64,000 nucleotides of DNA from a virus (Duplodnaviria > Caudoviricetes): IMG/VR virus record IMGVR_UViG_3300035698_029580. The stretch is one strand, 5' to 3'. Shown here one piece after another: positions 7,955 to 17,845 of this stretch. Numbering within the stretch: position 1 is the stretch's first letter; each line of letters begins with the position of its first letter. The position numbers and the translations under genes were made by a program. The notes beneath the pieces were generated by a model that was not told where the DNA came from, ran no database searches, and saw only the letters and a program-made list of their open reading frames with translations.

Positions 7955-9595
7955 ATGGGAATAAAGAGTAACAGTCAAGAGAAACAGACTTGGACAGCTA
8001 AAAATAAAAGTAGAAAAATAATAAACATAGGAGATTTACCAAAGGTTCCTAGTTTTGATCCAGGTGGGACTCATGATTTACTAAGATACTATGACAAAGA
8101 GACAATTAACAGATCAAACAATTTATCTAGTTTGATGAAGGCTGGATTCATAAAATTAATTAAGAAGACAAATGGTAGTAGAGAAGAAACTTTTGATCCT
8201 ACTTCAGTAAATTCAGTAGAAGGAGACGAAATTACTGTAATACAAACCTTAACATCTTCTCTATCAAACAATGTTTCTACTCTTATGTCTGCACCAACTG
8301 CTTTAGGGATTCAGTCAAAACAAATCACTAATCGTCCTATTAGTGTAACTTATACTAGTCCCTGTGATAATACTAGTGAGTGGAGGGGCACTGGTTATTC
8401 CACTGTAGCCTACGACACAGACAACTATATATGTTTTGATGATGCAACAGTCAAGAGATCCATTAAGAATACCAAAGATACAACACATGGAGTAAACATT
8501 ATGGGATTCGACTTGGATCCAGTATTCAATCCAGTAAAAGACATCACTAACAATCATATTCTTATTCGTTATTATTTACACGAAGGCACTGGCTCTTCGG
8601 ACTATCGTGGTATTGACTACATCGTGCTGCAATTAGCGGACGCCGACGGCGACCGGCTGCAATTCAAGATCTATAAAACATCGTCCGCTACGTGGGCCTA
8701 TACTGAAGGCCCCGGATGGCATACTTGGGTAGGTATACCCGAGATCGCTTATAGCGAAAGCGGCACCTTCAATCCGACAACCCTAACTGACATTACTTTA
8801 ACTGCCACGGCCAAGGCAACGTATGGAGGTATTGCTGACACTGACATGGACTTTTCTATCACATATGACGAGGTTACTTTTTTTCCTCCTCCATCAAAGG
8901 CAACTGTGATGTGGAGACTTGACGATGGAATTGTTTACAACTTGGGTTCTAAACACAGTCAATTTGATATGGCAAGTTATTTATCTACAAAGGGTATGCG
9001 AGGCACAATTGGAATAAATGGAGAAACCGTTGGAACGACAGAAGGTAGTGGAGGAACATTAAAAACTTATTTAACTCTTGATCAATTGAAGATTTTACAA
9101 GGGCAGGGGCATCTTATTTCTAATCATGGATGGTGGAGACATAATGACGGTGACCACAAGAACTTTTTAGATTTAAGCGAATCTGGAATACAAGATTCTT
9201 TTGATAGAAATGCTGATTGGATGATTGTTAATGGATTTACAGAGGGAGCAAGGATTCTTATTGTTCCACAGGATGTTTATCCATCTAAGGCTGATACTGC
9301 TTTACGGGGCAGAACAGATTTTGTATGGTTAGTAAAAGATAAAGGTGGAGAATATGGAGGAGGCAGTGAATATTATCCATATTTTATGAATGGATTTTTA
9401 GCAGATGGAGTAACAAGTGCTAATCTTGACATATCTTATGGTCTAGTAGAGGGATGCAAAGGTGTTTGGTGTCCTTATTGGCATAGTGAACCATCTACTA
9501 TTGCTAATTATTATGATCACGTTGACACTATTGCTGCAGATTATGCAGCAGGAAATATTAATGTTATTACTCCTATGGATATGATGTACAAATAA
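7955..9595 (+). CDS. probable virion protein: N-terminal domain shared with 30275-30907, beta-sandwich region, C-terminal polysaccharide deacetylase-like domain
   Basis: WxAKNKS..IGDLPxVPxFxPG N-terminus; NodB-like motifs RLDDG and ISNHGWWRH. Confidence 0.65.
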   Translation: MGIKSNSQEKQTWTAKNKSRKIINIGDLPKVPSFDPGGTHDLLRYYDKETINRSNNLSSLMKAGFIKLIKKTNGSREETFDPTSVNSVEGDEITVIQTLTSSLSNNVSTLMSAPTALGIQSKQITNRPISVTYTSPCDNTSEWRGTGYSTVAYDTDNYICFDDATVKRSIKNTKDTTHGVNIMGFDLDPVFNPVKDITNNHILIRYYLHEGTGSSDYRGIDYIVLQLADADGDRLQFKIYKTSSATWAYTEGPGWHTWVGIPEIAYSESGTFNPTTLTDITLTATAKATYGGIADTDMDFSITYDEVTFFPPPSKATVMWRLDDGIVYNLGSKHSQFDMASYLSTKGMRGTIGINGETVGTTEGSGGTLKTYLTLDQLKILQGQGHLISNHGWWRHNDGDHKNFLDLSESGIQDSFDRNADWMIVNGFTEGARILIVPQDVYPSKADTALRGRTDFVWLVKDKGGEYGGGSEYYPYFMNGFLADGVTSANLDISYGLVEGCKGVWCPYWHSEPSTIANYYDHVDTIAADYAAGNINVITPMDMMYK

Positions 9596-9629
9596 CAGAA
9601 ATGAAATAAATTTAACAAAGGACAAATAA

Positions 9630-9983
9630 ATGACATATGAGGAATTATATAATAAATTAGATACTTTTGCAACTAATCAGGGATATACTATTGATCAAAT
9701 TAGAAATGTAACTTGGAAACAAGTTTCAACAAGATTTAACAATTTTACTATTGATGGTATTTTATGGGAGAGAGTAAGAGATGATTATTGTCGAGCAAAA
9801 CTTGATAAAGAAACAGAAATTACTTTTGATCAATTTAAGACAATGATGAGTGATACTGCCAATATAATCAAAGATAATTTTCCTAATGTAGAATATGAGA
9901 AGGGTAAAAGAGAAAATTTAAGATTTTTCACTATTTGGTTAGATGGTAAGCCTATAGTAGAAGAACTGGAGGAGGTGTCATAA
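9630..9983 (+). CDS. hypothetical protein, possibly a fibre assembly accessory
   Basis: 117-aa ORF between fibre-like genes. Confidence 0.7.
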   Translation: MTYEELYNKLDTFATNQGYTIDQIRNVTWKQVSTRFNNFTIDGILWERVRDDYCRAKLDKETEITFDQFKTMMSDTANIIKDNFPNVEYEKGKRENLRFFTIWLDGKPIVEELEEVS

Positions 9984-9984
9984 A

Positions 9985-11553
9985 ATGGCTACTTGTTTTG
10001 CAACAGAACCAACAGTATTTTTTGTAGGTGGTCAAGGAACCAAAGCTGGGCATGCAACTCCAGGAGGAGCAACATTAGATTGGTTTGAAGAAAAAGGAAC
10101 TAGTTCTGCTGGATTTGATTTATCAGATATAATGGATGCTAATGGTGGTCCAATAAACAATCTGGGAGCTTGGCAATTGTGGACAGCAGCAACAAAGGTA
10201 ATGACTCGTTTTGCACCAGCTAATTTTAATGGAGCAGAAATTGGCATGATAGCTTATCTTGCTGATCCAGTGACTGGGCATATAACGACAGGTCGTTATA
10301 AAATAACAGCAATTACTACATCGGGTGATACTGTTACAAGTATAACTTTTGCAGATATGTTAATAGGAATAGATTATGATGGAACAAATATTGCAACTGC
10401 AACAGTTTGCATAGGTGGAGCATTTGCTTCGATGAATGCTGCTATTGGTTCTTCTAGTCCACTTCTTGCAACTTCTTATGATGTACATGTGCATGATAAT
10501 TTAGATGAAGCAGCAATGGCAGAAATAGTATTAGGAGTTACTGGAGCATTATCAGTAAATTCTGCTTTAAGATATTGGGGATTTAATGAGAGTCCAGGAG
10601 ACAGAATGCCAGGAGGGTTATATGAAGGGACGTGGACAAGTAAAGTAGCAGGAGCAAACACATTATTAGATCCAGATGCACGTGATAATATTATGTTTTA
10701 TTGTATATTTTTTCAAAATGATGATGTTAATGATGGTACAATTGAGCCAGGAACTTCCACGGATGAAATGAATGGTTGGCTTTTCCAACATTGTAAGATT
10801 GAGGATATCCAGGGTGACGGATCCATACATTATGGGATATGGAATCCTCTTTTATGTTATGATACTATTTTTAAAAATGTAGGTTCTGCTTCAATAGTTC
10901 CTTCATCAAGTGGAACAGGCACTATCTGTGGGTCAATAACACTTATAGATTGTTACTTTGAACTAAACAGACCTACTACAGCAGGTACCGCCGCCACAAA
11001 TGATGATCATTTTTTAATTTTTGTAAATTGTAAAACGGACAGTAACGCTTATGGTACCTATGGTTTCAACAATGGAGGTGATTTTGGAACTATAATACTA
11101 AATTGTTCTAATATGTTTGCGGATAATCCTCCAGGGCAAAATTCTACTATTACACGATTGAATGATTCAAAAGGTTGGGTAGCAATAATCCGTAGTTTAG
11201 TAAATTTAACTGACTCAAATGATGATCAGATGCTTGCATGGATACGTCAAGATAACGGAGGAACACTAGCGACAGTTGCTGATTGTAATGCTTATCCAGA
11301 TGCTACAGGGGTTGCTGCTCCATATTTATGTCAAAGACACTTAGATGCTGTTTCCCCCGCTGCTATTTATGAGATAAACAATTGGTGGTGGCAAAATGAA
11401 AATTATTGTCGTCAAATAGAAAATGATTTAGATACTGATGGACACACTCAAAATAGAATATTAAAAAGAGGAGCTGATGAAAATCTTGCAATAGGTACTC
11501 AGCTTCCTTTAAACTTTAGCAATCCGCTTTTTGGTGGAACGGTGGTGAGATAA
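9985..11553 (+). CDS. tail spike/fibre-like protein with a probable right-handed beta-helix
   Basis: G/T/N-rich, periodic xxFxxCxF pattern. Confidence 0.55.
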   Translation: MATCFATEPTVFFVGGQGTKAGHATPGGATLDWFEEKGTSSAGFDLSDIMDANGGPINNLGAWQLWTAATKVMTRFAPANFNGAEIGMIAYLADPVTGHITTGRYKITAITTSGDTVTSITFADMLIGIDYDGTNIATATVCIGGAFASMNAAIGSSSPLLATSYDVHVHDNLDEAAMAEIVLGVTGALSVNSALRYWGFNESPGDRMPGGLYEGTWTSKVAGANTLLDPDARDNIMFYCIFFQNDDVNDGTIEPGTSTDEMNGWLFQHCKIEDIQGDGSIHYGIWNPLLCYDTIFKNVGSASIVPSSSGTGTICGSITLIDCYFELNRPTTAGTAATNDDHFLIFVNCKTDSNAYGTYGFNNGGDFGTIILNCSNMFADNPPGQNSTITRLNDSKGWVAIIRSLVNLTDSNDDQMLAWIRQDNGGTLATVADCNAYPDATGVAAPYLCQRHLDAVSPAAIYEINNWWWQNENYCRQIENDLDTDGHTQNRILKRGADENLAIGTQLPLNFSNPLFGGTVVR

Positions 11554-12332
11554 TGTCATATATTGGTAGTTGGAAAATAGATGACAATTTAACTTTTTAT
11601 GTTAATACTCATAGAGTAGATACAGGAGAAGCAACTGATGCAGATGCTGTACCTACATATCGTTTTTATGAAGATGAAGCAGCATTAGGGCTTAATGGTA
11701 GTATGGCATTATTAGATGCTGCTAATACGGTTGGATTTTATTCAGAACAGGTAACATTATCAGCAGCAAATGGTTTTGAGAAAGGTAAATGTTATAGTGT
11801 ATACATAACAACTACAGTTGATGGAGTGACAGGTACAATAAACCATAATCTTCAAATAGAAGCAGAAGTGGACTCAAATAGTTTAAATCCAACATCTATA
11901 GTAGCCAGTGTATCTGGTAACGTAGACGGTAATGTAACTGGAACTGTTGCTAGTGTTGTAGGTAACGTAGATGGTAGTGTAGCTTCTGTTGTAGGAGCTG
12001 TGGGTAGTGTAACTGGAGCTGTCGGGAGTGTAACAGGTGCTGTTGGTTCAGTAGCTGGAAATGTAGATGGTAGTGTAGCTTCTGTTGTAGGTGCTGTGGG
12101 AAGTGTAACTGGAGCTGTCGGTTCAGTAGCTGGAAATGTAGACGGTAATGTAACTGGAACTGTTGCTAGTGTTGTAGGTAACGTAGATGGTAGTGTAACA
12201 GGAAGTGTTGGATCATTAGCTGCTCAATCTCAAATAGATATAAGGACTGCTATAGGAATGGCATTAGCCAATTTAGATACTCAGATATCTAATATTCCCG
12301 ATGGAAGCAAATGGTATAACAAAAATGGATAA
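11553..12332 (+). CDS. virion fibre-like protein with G(S/N/A)V low-complexity repeats
   Basis: Ig-like N-terminus followed by GNVDG and GAVGSVT repeats. Confidence 0.6.
   Translation: MSYIGSWKIDDNLTFYVNTHRVDTGEATDADAVPTYRFYEDEAALGLNGSMALLDAANTVGFYSEQVTLSAANGFEKGKCYSVYITTTVDGVTGTINHNLQIEAEVDSNSLNPTSIVASVSGNVDGNVTGTVASVVGNVDGSVASVVGAVGSVTGAVGSVTGAVGSVAGNVDGSVASVVGAVGSVTGAVGSVAGNVDGNVTGTVASVVGNVDGSVTGSVGSLAAQSQIDIRTAIGMALANLDTQISNIPDGSKWYNKNG
11908..12212 (+). repeat. coding tandem repeats (GAVGSVT, GNVDGSVASVV, GNVDGNVTGTVASVV)
   Basis: near-identical DNA blocks, e.g. about 11917-11980 and 12137-12197. Confidence 0.85.
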
Positions 12333-12390
12333 AAGATTTTTTATTATTTCCTCGAAAATTTATTTTTAAAAAAAGAAATATTAAAACAAT

Positions 12391-13491
12391 ATGGCAAATT
12401 CTAATAGAAAATTATGGTTACATTTTGACGGGACTAATGGCAGTACGTCTGTAATTGATTCTTCTCCAACAACTAAGACAATAAGTTCTGCTGGAGCATT
12501 TGAGTTAGATACTTCTCAGAAGAAATTTGGAGTATCAAGTGGATATTTTACAACAGCGGCTGATATATTAACGGTAACTGACCATAGTGATTTTGCCCTT
12601 GGTGAGACATGGACAATAGAGCTTTGGGTGCTATCTTTTGAAACCCCATCAGCGGACATAAGATTTTGGCGGCAATCAGTAGATGGTACGCATATTTTCT
12701 TATTTCAGTATTTACAGAGCACAGAGAAGTTACGCATATTGTTTCGTAATGGGGCTATAGATAGCGATTTTAGCTCAGACATATCCGTTTCTTTTATTGG
12801 TGGGTGGCATCATGTAGCAGCGACGTTTGACGGTGTGACGTGTCGCCTGTTTTTTGACGGAGCAATGATAGGTTCACTAGTTGCAGACTATACTATGGTA
12901 GACTTTGCGGTAAATCCCACTATTAATTTCAATGGAATTTTACGAGGCTGGATAGACGAAGTTACTTTATGGAATATTTGTAAATATCCTTCTAGTGAAA
13001 CAGATAAAATAGAATCTTTTGGAGGAAGAGATATAGCATTTGAACCAGATACCAATTGTATTAGTGGAGCATATAGTTTTTCTACTTTTTCTAATACTTC
13101 TGATAAATTATTTATTGGAGGAATACCTTTGACTCTTTCAGAGAATGATTTGGGATATGCAATAAATGTTATTGTAGGATCTTCTATTCAAAATTATTCA
13201 GACAGGGAGATATTAGCAGGTTGGGAGGGCAGTTTAGTTAGTATATCTCAGATGGAGGAGAGAAGATATTTAAATATTTATTTAGATTATGATATGGAAG
13301 AATTAGTGGATGCGATTATTTTTAATGGAATGCCTTTGGTTAGAAATGCAAAAGATAGATTAATATTTGTTTATAGTGGATATTTATTAAGTAATGTAGA
13401 TGAGTTTGCTGAATCTAGTATAGGAGGAGTTCCTGTTGCTGTAGGTAGAGTAGGTGATAATTGGTATTTAATAGTAAACAATCCAAACTAA
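12391..13491 (+). CDS. LamG/concanavalin A-like domain virion protein
   Basis: LHFDGTNGS, WTIELWV, WHHVAATFDG...LFFDG and GWIDEV motifs. Confidence 0.8.
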   Translation: MANSNRKLWLHFDGTNGSTSVIDSSPTTKTISSAGAFELDTSQKKFGVSSGYFTTAADILTVTDHSDFALGETWTIELWVLSFETPSADIRFWRQSVDGTHIFLFQYLQSTEKLRILFRNGAIDSDFSSDISVSFIGGWHHVAATFDGVTCRLFFDGAMIGSLVADYTMVDFAVNPTINFNGILRGWIDEVTLWNICKYPSSETDKIESFGGRDIAFEPDTNCISGAYSFSTFSNTSDKLFIGGIPLTLSENDLGYAINVIVGSSIQNYSDREILAGWEGSLVSISQMEERRYLNIYLDYDMEELVDAIIFNGMPLVRNAKDRLIFVYSGYLLSNVDEFAESSIGGVPVAVGRVGDNWYLIVNNPN

Positions 13492-13561
13492 AATAATTTT
13501 TAAATTTCCGCGAAAAAAAATTTGTTGAAATTTCAATAAAATAACATATAGTATAAGTAAC

Positions 13562-13608
13562 GTGCCCGCCACGCCTCTTAACAATGCGTATCTTTGGTGG
13601 GCATTTTT
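13562..13608 (+). ncRNA. stand-alone stem-loop RNA or terminator behind a sigma70-like promoter
   Basis: GTGCCCGCCA/TGGTGGGCAT outer stem, ACGC/GCGT inner stem, T-run; TTGAAA...TAGTAT at about 13525-13554. Confidence 0.45.
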
Positions 13609-13717
13609 ATTAATAGAAAAATTAAATTATATATTTTATGCTTGCTATTTTTAAATATATTGTTATATTTAGGTTTTTGAACAAGAAATATAAAAGTTTT
13701 ATTGAAAGGACTTGAAA

Positions 13718-14062
13718 ATGTTATTATTTGAGAAAGAAATTGAGATTCCCCGTCAAAACAGTGATATTTCTCTTCTTAAATATTTTCGAGAACAAATTTT
13801 ATCTTTTATTCCTAAATATCAAATTCCTATACGTTTTGCAATAACATCAAGTAATGATGAAAAATATCATTGTGAACATGGAATGTTTGAAGGCTGGTGT
13901 TTCTTTACCTTCAGTCAGAAGACCATTATCTTTTGCAAAAATATCTCAAAGAAATTTTTAAAAAAGATTAATTTTTTTAAACCTAAAATATTTGATTTTT
14001 TATCAATTATGGGGTTTTTGAGAATTTTCCAGCATTATATATATTATTACATATGGTTATGA
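13718..14062 (+). CDS. hypothetical protein, possibly a truncated or frameshifted gene
   Basis: RBS GAAAGGA; the C-terminal half is low-complexity and runs through the next promoter. Confidence 0.4.
   Translation: MLLFEKEIEIPRQNSDISLLKYFREQILSFIPKYQIPIRFAITSSNDEKYHCEHGMFEGWCFFTFSQKTIIFCKNISKKFLKKINFFKPKIFDFLSIMGFLRIFQHYIYYYIWL
14025..14057 (+). promoter_or_regulatory. dispersed copy of the TTTTCCAGCATTA early promoter
   Basis: exact 13-mer plus TATGGT. Confidence 0.75.
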
Positions 14063-14134
14063 TCTGTGGTATTTTTATAGAAAAGTGAAAATACTAAGGT
14101 ATAATATGAATCATATAGAAAGGATAAGGAAGTT

Positions 14135-14542
14135 ATGACTAAATATAGTGCATTAAAGAGGTTACGACAGATTAAGGGTTTTAAAAAATATGAAAAATTG
14201 GACCAAAGATGCATTGATGTAGCAAAAAAAATATTCACTAATAATTTAATAGATGAAGACCCAAGTATTATTATGCAATGTAGTTTAGAGGGAATAGATA
14301 TTGTAAAAACAATAAATAAGAGTTTACATGGTGTACATATAAAGATTGAAAGTTCTGGTGAGGTAAGTTTAATTCCTGGTTTAATTTTTTTAGTAAGAGC
14401 ATTTAGTGAGCCAATAATAGAAAGAGCATCAGATGCATCTATAATTAAGATTTGTGAAGCATTTCGTTTTGAGTGTAATTATGTTGATAATAACAAAGAA
14501 GAAATTCTTGATGAATTCAGGAAGATGTTAGACGGCATTTAG
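14135..14542 (+). CDS. hypothetical protein
   Basis: 135-aa ORF with RBS. Confidence 0.75.
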   Translation: MTKYSALKRLRQIKGFKKYEKLDQRCIDVAKKIFTNNLIDEDPSIIMQCSLEGIDIVKTINKSLHGVHIKIESSGEVSLIPGLIFLVRAFSEPIIERASDASIIKICEAFRFECNYVDNNKEEILDEFRKMLDGI

Positions 14543-14569
14543 AAAGTAATTTTTAAGAAAGGAAGTATT

Positions 14570-14959
14570 ATGTTAAGATTTTGGATTAAAATTTTATTGT
14601 TTGTTGGATGGTTGGTGTTTTGTGTTTATATTTTTAATGTTCGTTTGAACTCTAATATTAATAGACAAAGAGAGTATATTGGTCAACTTGAATATCAAGT
14701 ATCAGCATTATCATATGGGATGGAGATAATTCCAGGAGAAATTAAAAATGATGTTTTTATAGCATCTGTTAAGAAGAATTATCCATCTATTGAGAAATAT
14801 CCAGTAGTATTTAAGGTATTAACAGGTATCGTAGTAGAAGATCCAAATGAACCTATAGTTTGGGAACCTATTCCTCTTATGAATTCTTTTTTGAATGGGG
14901 CTAGTATAAAAGAAGGAGATGAAAAATATTTTACATATAATGAGGAAGGAAATAAGTAA
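14570..14959 (+). CDS. membrane-anchored hypothetical protein
   Basis: N-terminal TM helix and short coiled coil. Confidence 0.75.
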   Translation: MLRFWIKILLFVGWLVFCVYIFNVRLNSNINRQREYIGQLEYQVSALSYGMEIIPGEIKNDVFIASVKKNYPSIEKYPVVFKVLTGIVVEDPNEPIVWEPIPLMNSFLNGASIKEGDEKYFTYNEEGNK

Positions 14960-15939
14960 TGCAATTAGCGATATCACAGAATAGTTGTCATTATAAATTT
15001 TTTGTTAGATTAAAGAAATTTTGGGGAGTGGAAACTGATTTCAAAAGGGTTTCTCTATGTCATTATGCTCACGTTTTATTTTGGGTTGCTTTAGGTACTG
15101 TTTTATTATTGCCAATTTTTTTAATAGGTTGGTTATGGATTAAAGCATTAAGAATGTTTTATGCATTGGCAACATCTATTCAATTAAAAAATGGAAGTAA
15201 AGAAATATCTGAAGGGGGGCATATTCAAACATATATACAGGACTGTTCAGAAAAAATTTCTAAATCTCCTGCTGCAGGTCTTTTAGGATCATTTTGTGGA
15301 GCATTTCTTTTTCTTTGGGTAATATCTATTATTTTTGCAGCAATATTTTTTGGAATATGGGGACTTATTGTGAACATAGGTAAAGTACCTATGGTCTTGG
15401 CTGCTTTTGTTATGGTATTGTCTATTATTACAACATACTTATGTATAATTATTGGGTTGATATTAACTTTAATAGGAACGGGTATAGCAATAGGTGCAAC
15501 TTGGTTATGGACATTTTTAACTGGTGCTGGTATTTTTATTACTTATTTATTGGGAAGTGCTATTGTTGTTGGATTTGTTTTTTACTTTTTATTTTCTAGG
15601 TGTCCTAAAATAACGAACTATTTTACTTTTCGTTATAATGGATTTGAGACTGCAATTAAGAAAAGGAAAGAAAGAAGAAGTCAGATAATAGAGGACAAAA
15701 AAAAGATTGAGTCACAGGTTCCTGTTTGTCCTAACAAATATTTTAAGTTTTTACATAGAACATTTAGTAAACTTATTAATTTATTTTCTGGTACTTTTAA
15801 AAGAACAAAGGGTCAGACTTATGAAGTATTGGGAATATTTCCTACTATATGGTTATTATTAAAAAGTGCCAAGGATGGAGTTTGCCCTATAGTAGAGATT
15901 ATTGATGACAGTGAAAAAGCAGTAGAGATAAAAGAATGA
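14959..15939 (+). CDS. multi-pass membrane protein
   Basis: about 5 hydrophobic segments; SLCHY and VCP motifs. Confidence 0.8.
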   Translation: MQLAISQNSCHYKFFVRLKKFWGVETDFKRVSLCHYAHVLFWVALGTVLLLPIFLIGWLWIKALRMFYALATSIQLKNGSKEISEGGHIQTYIQDCSEKISKSPAAGLLGSFCGAFLFLWVISIIFAAIFFGIWGLIVNIGKVPMVLAAFVMVLSIITTYLCIIIGLILTLIGTGIAIGATWLWTFLTGAGIFITYLLGSAIVVGFVFYFLFSRCPKITNYFTFRYNGFETAIKKRKERRSQIIEDKKKIESQVPVCPNKYFKFLHRTFSKLINLFSGTFKRTKGQTYEVLGIFPTIWLLLKSAKDGVCPIVEIIDDSEKAVEIKE

Positions 15940-16193
15940 TTAATAATTTATTAATTTTATGGATTGTAGCAGGATTGATAGGATTTGTTCTAAGGCTTTT
16001 TAATAAAGGGACTTATCCTGCTAAAAAATATCTTTGGACATTAGTAATATTTACTCATATTCTTTTTGGGTTTATAGGATTGTTATATGGGTATATTTGT
16101 TATTCTTCAAGATGTAGACAATCCAAAGACGAGATAAGACATAAGTACGACTTTGCCAAAATGAAAGATGGTGTTCGGGGCAAATACACTTAA
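15936..16193 (+). CDS. small two-TM membrane protein
   Basis: two hydrophobic helices; ATGA overlap. Confidence 0.7.
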   Translation: MINNLLILWIVAGLIGFVLRLFNKGTYPAKKYLWTLVIFTHILFGFIGLLYGYICYSSRCRQSKDEIRHKYDFAKMKDGVRGKYT

Positions 16194-16219
16194 CATTTAA
16201 GATTTTAATAGTTTGATAT

Positions 16220-16268
16220 AAGCATCTTTTTAGGTTTGTAGCCATTGCCTAATTAGGTGCTTTTTTTT
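16220..16268 (+). terminator. intrinsic terminator
   Basis: AAGCATCT...AGGTGCTT followed by a T-run. Confidence 0.55.
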
Positions 16269-16281
16269 GGTCAGAAATATC

Positions 16282-16308
16282 AAGGTTATATTTAATTTTT
16301 GTCGAAAT
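16282..16308 (+). promoter_or_regulatory. second promoter class, AAGG-N16/17-TCGAWA (putative late promoter)
   Basis: similar sites at about 7314, 12332, 17775, 33858 and on the minus strand at 31800-31827; TCGATA boxes also at 31905 and 60924. Confidence 0.5.
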
Positions 16309-16361
16309 AAAAGTGGTTAGGAGAAATAAATTTGGGGAAAAGACCAAAAAAGGAGAAAAAG

Positions 16362-17666
16362 ATGGCAACTTATTATGTAGATCCTATCAATGGTAATGAT
16401 TCTAATTCTGGAAGTTCAAGTAGTCCATGGCAGAATCCTTTTATTGTTTTTACTCGTATAAATGCTGGTGACACATTAATCTTAAGACAAGGAGTATATA
16501 CTACTTCTAACTCATGGACATGGAAAGAATATCATGGTGGTACTCAGGATAATCCTGTAAAGATTATTGGAGATGGCAATGTTAAAATTGACAAGAATGA
16601 TATAAATCCCAATGCTTCTTGTTTAAATTTATCGGGTCAGGGACAGCCTATTTATGCTAGTTTTGATAACATTAGTTTTAGTGGAGGATATTATGCCGGT
16701 AGAATAGGTTTATCTTTTGTTGATTTTCGCAATTGTAATTTTTTAAATGCAGGTTACGATGGGTTTAAAGTAATAGGATCTATTGATTTAAACAATGATT
16801 GGAACGTTAATTATGGTAATTTAACAAACTGTCAGATTAGTGGTTTTAATGAAAGTGGAATAGACATAACTGGTGGAGACAACTGGCGTATAAAAGATGT
16901 ATTAATACATAACAACAGGACACTTTTTCCAGGAAAAATAAATGGATTTCTTTGCAAGAACAATGCTAAAAATCTTATTGTAGATAACATTACTATTAGG
17001 GATCTCACTCAAGTTGCTCAAGGAGCATTTGTTCTTGGAGGTTCATGTGATTGTAGTAATATAAATAGATATGAAATAGAGGATCCATCAGTAGATGGAT
17101 TAACTATTGAGAATGTAACGGTTACGGGTCAACATTTAATAGGGATTTGGGCAGCTAAAAATGTATATATAAAAAACACTATTTTAAGAAATTGTCAAGC
17201 AAATTATGGAATTTGGGGTATTTACGAATCTAACAAGCCAGATAATGTAAATATTACCATAGAAGAACCTGTGATAGAAACTTGTAATTTTAATACATTT
17301 TTGAAAGATGACAAAAATATAATTAATATAGTGCCTGTGCCAGTTGACCCACCAGTAGACCCAGATCCACCAGTAGACCCAGATCCTTGTTCGGAGTGCA
17401 ATGAGAAAGTAGATGCTCTTACTACTGTTGTAGAAAATCTTATTATTGAGATAAATGACATTACTATTTCTCAGGATGCTTTAGTTAGTCGTGTTAATTC
17501 AATGGACTTAAAAATCCAAGAAATGGATGCTAAAATAACAGACATGTCTAGTGAACAGGACACTATGAATAATAAGTTGAATGCTTTGAAGACAGAGGTG
17601 GATACTAAAGCAGATGAAAATCATGGTCATTCTGCCGAAACTCAGATTGGTCCGGCTACGGAATAA
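16362..17666 (+). CDS. right-handed beta-helix (pectate-lyase-like) protein with Pro-Asp linker and C-terminal coiled coil
   Basis: YYVDPINGNDSNSGS...PW, AGDTLILRQGVY, PVDP repeats, heptad tail. Confidence 0.8.
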   Translation: MATYYVDPINGNDSNSGSSSSPWQNPFIVFTRINAGDTLILRQGVYTTSNSWTWKEYHGGTQDNPVKIIGDGNVKIDKNDINPNASCLNLSGQGQPIYASFDNISFSGGYYAGRIGLSFVDFRNCNFLNAGYDGFKVIGSIDLNNDWNVNYGNLTNCQISGFNESGIDITGGDNWRIKDVLIHNNRTLFPGKINGFLCKNNAKNLIVDNITIRDLTQVAQGAFVLGGSCDCSNINRYEIEDPSVDGLTIENVTVTGQHLIGIWAAKNVYIKNTILRNCQANYGIWGIYESNKPDNVNITIEEPVIETCNFNTFLKDDKNIINIVPVPVDPPVDPDPPVDPDPCSECNEKVDALTTVVENLIIEINDITISQDALVSRVNSMDLKIQEMDAKITDMSSEQDTMNNKLNALKTEVDTKADENHGHSAETQIGPATE

Positions 17667-17668
17667 AT

Positions 17669-17714
17669 GTAACACTCCCCAAGGCAAGTCATGGGGTTTT
17701 CTCAGACATCCATT
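17669..17714 (-). mobile_element. 46-bp collapsed IS200/IS605-type element (left end fused to right end)
   Basis: minus strand TTAT|AATGGATGTCTGAGAAAACCCCATGACTTGCCTTGGGGAGTGTTAC matches both ends of the 33767-34079 element. Confidence 0.75.
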
Positions 17715-17737
17715 ATAACAAAAACAATAATTATTTT

Positions 17738-17768
17738 TAAAGAGGCACCTTTTAGGTGCCTCTTTTTT
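17738..17768. terminator. bidirectional intrinsic terminator
   Basis: AAAAGAGGCACC-TTTTA-GGTGCCTCTTTTTT. Confidence 0.85.
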
Positions 17769-17845
17769 ATAGCAAAGAAGATATTAATTTTTTGTCGAAA
17801 TAAATATGTAAAGAATAAATGTAAGGAAAGAAATTAAATATAAAT

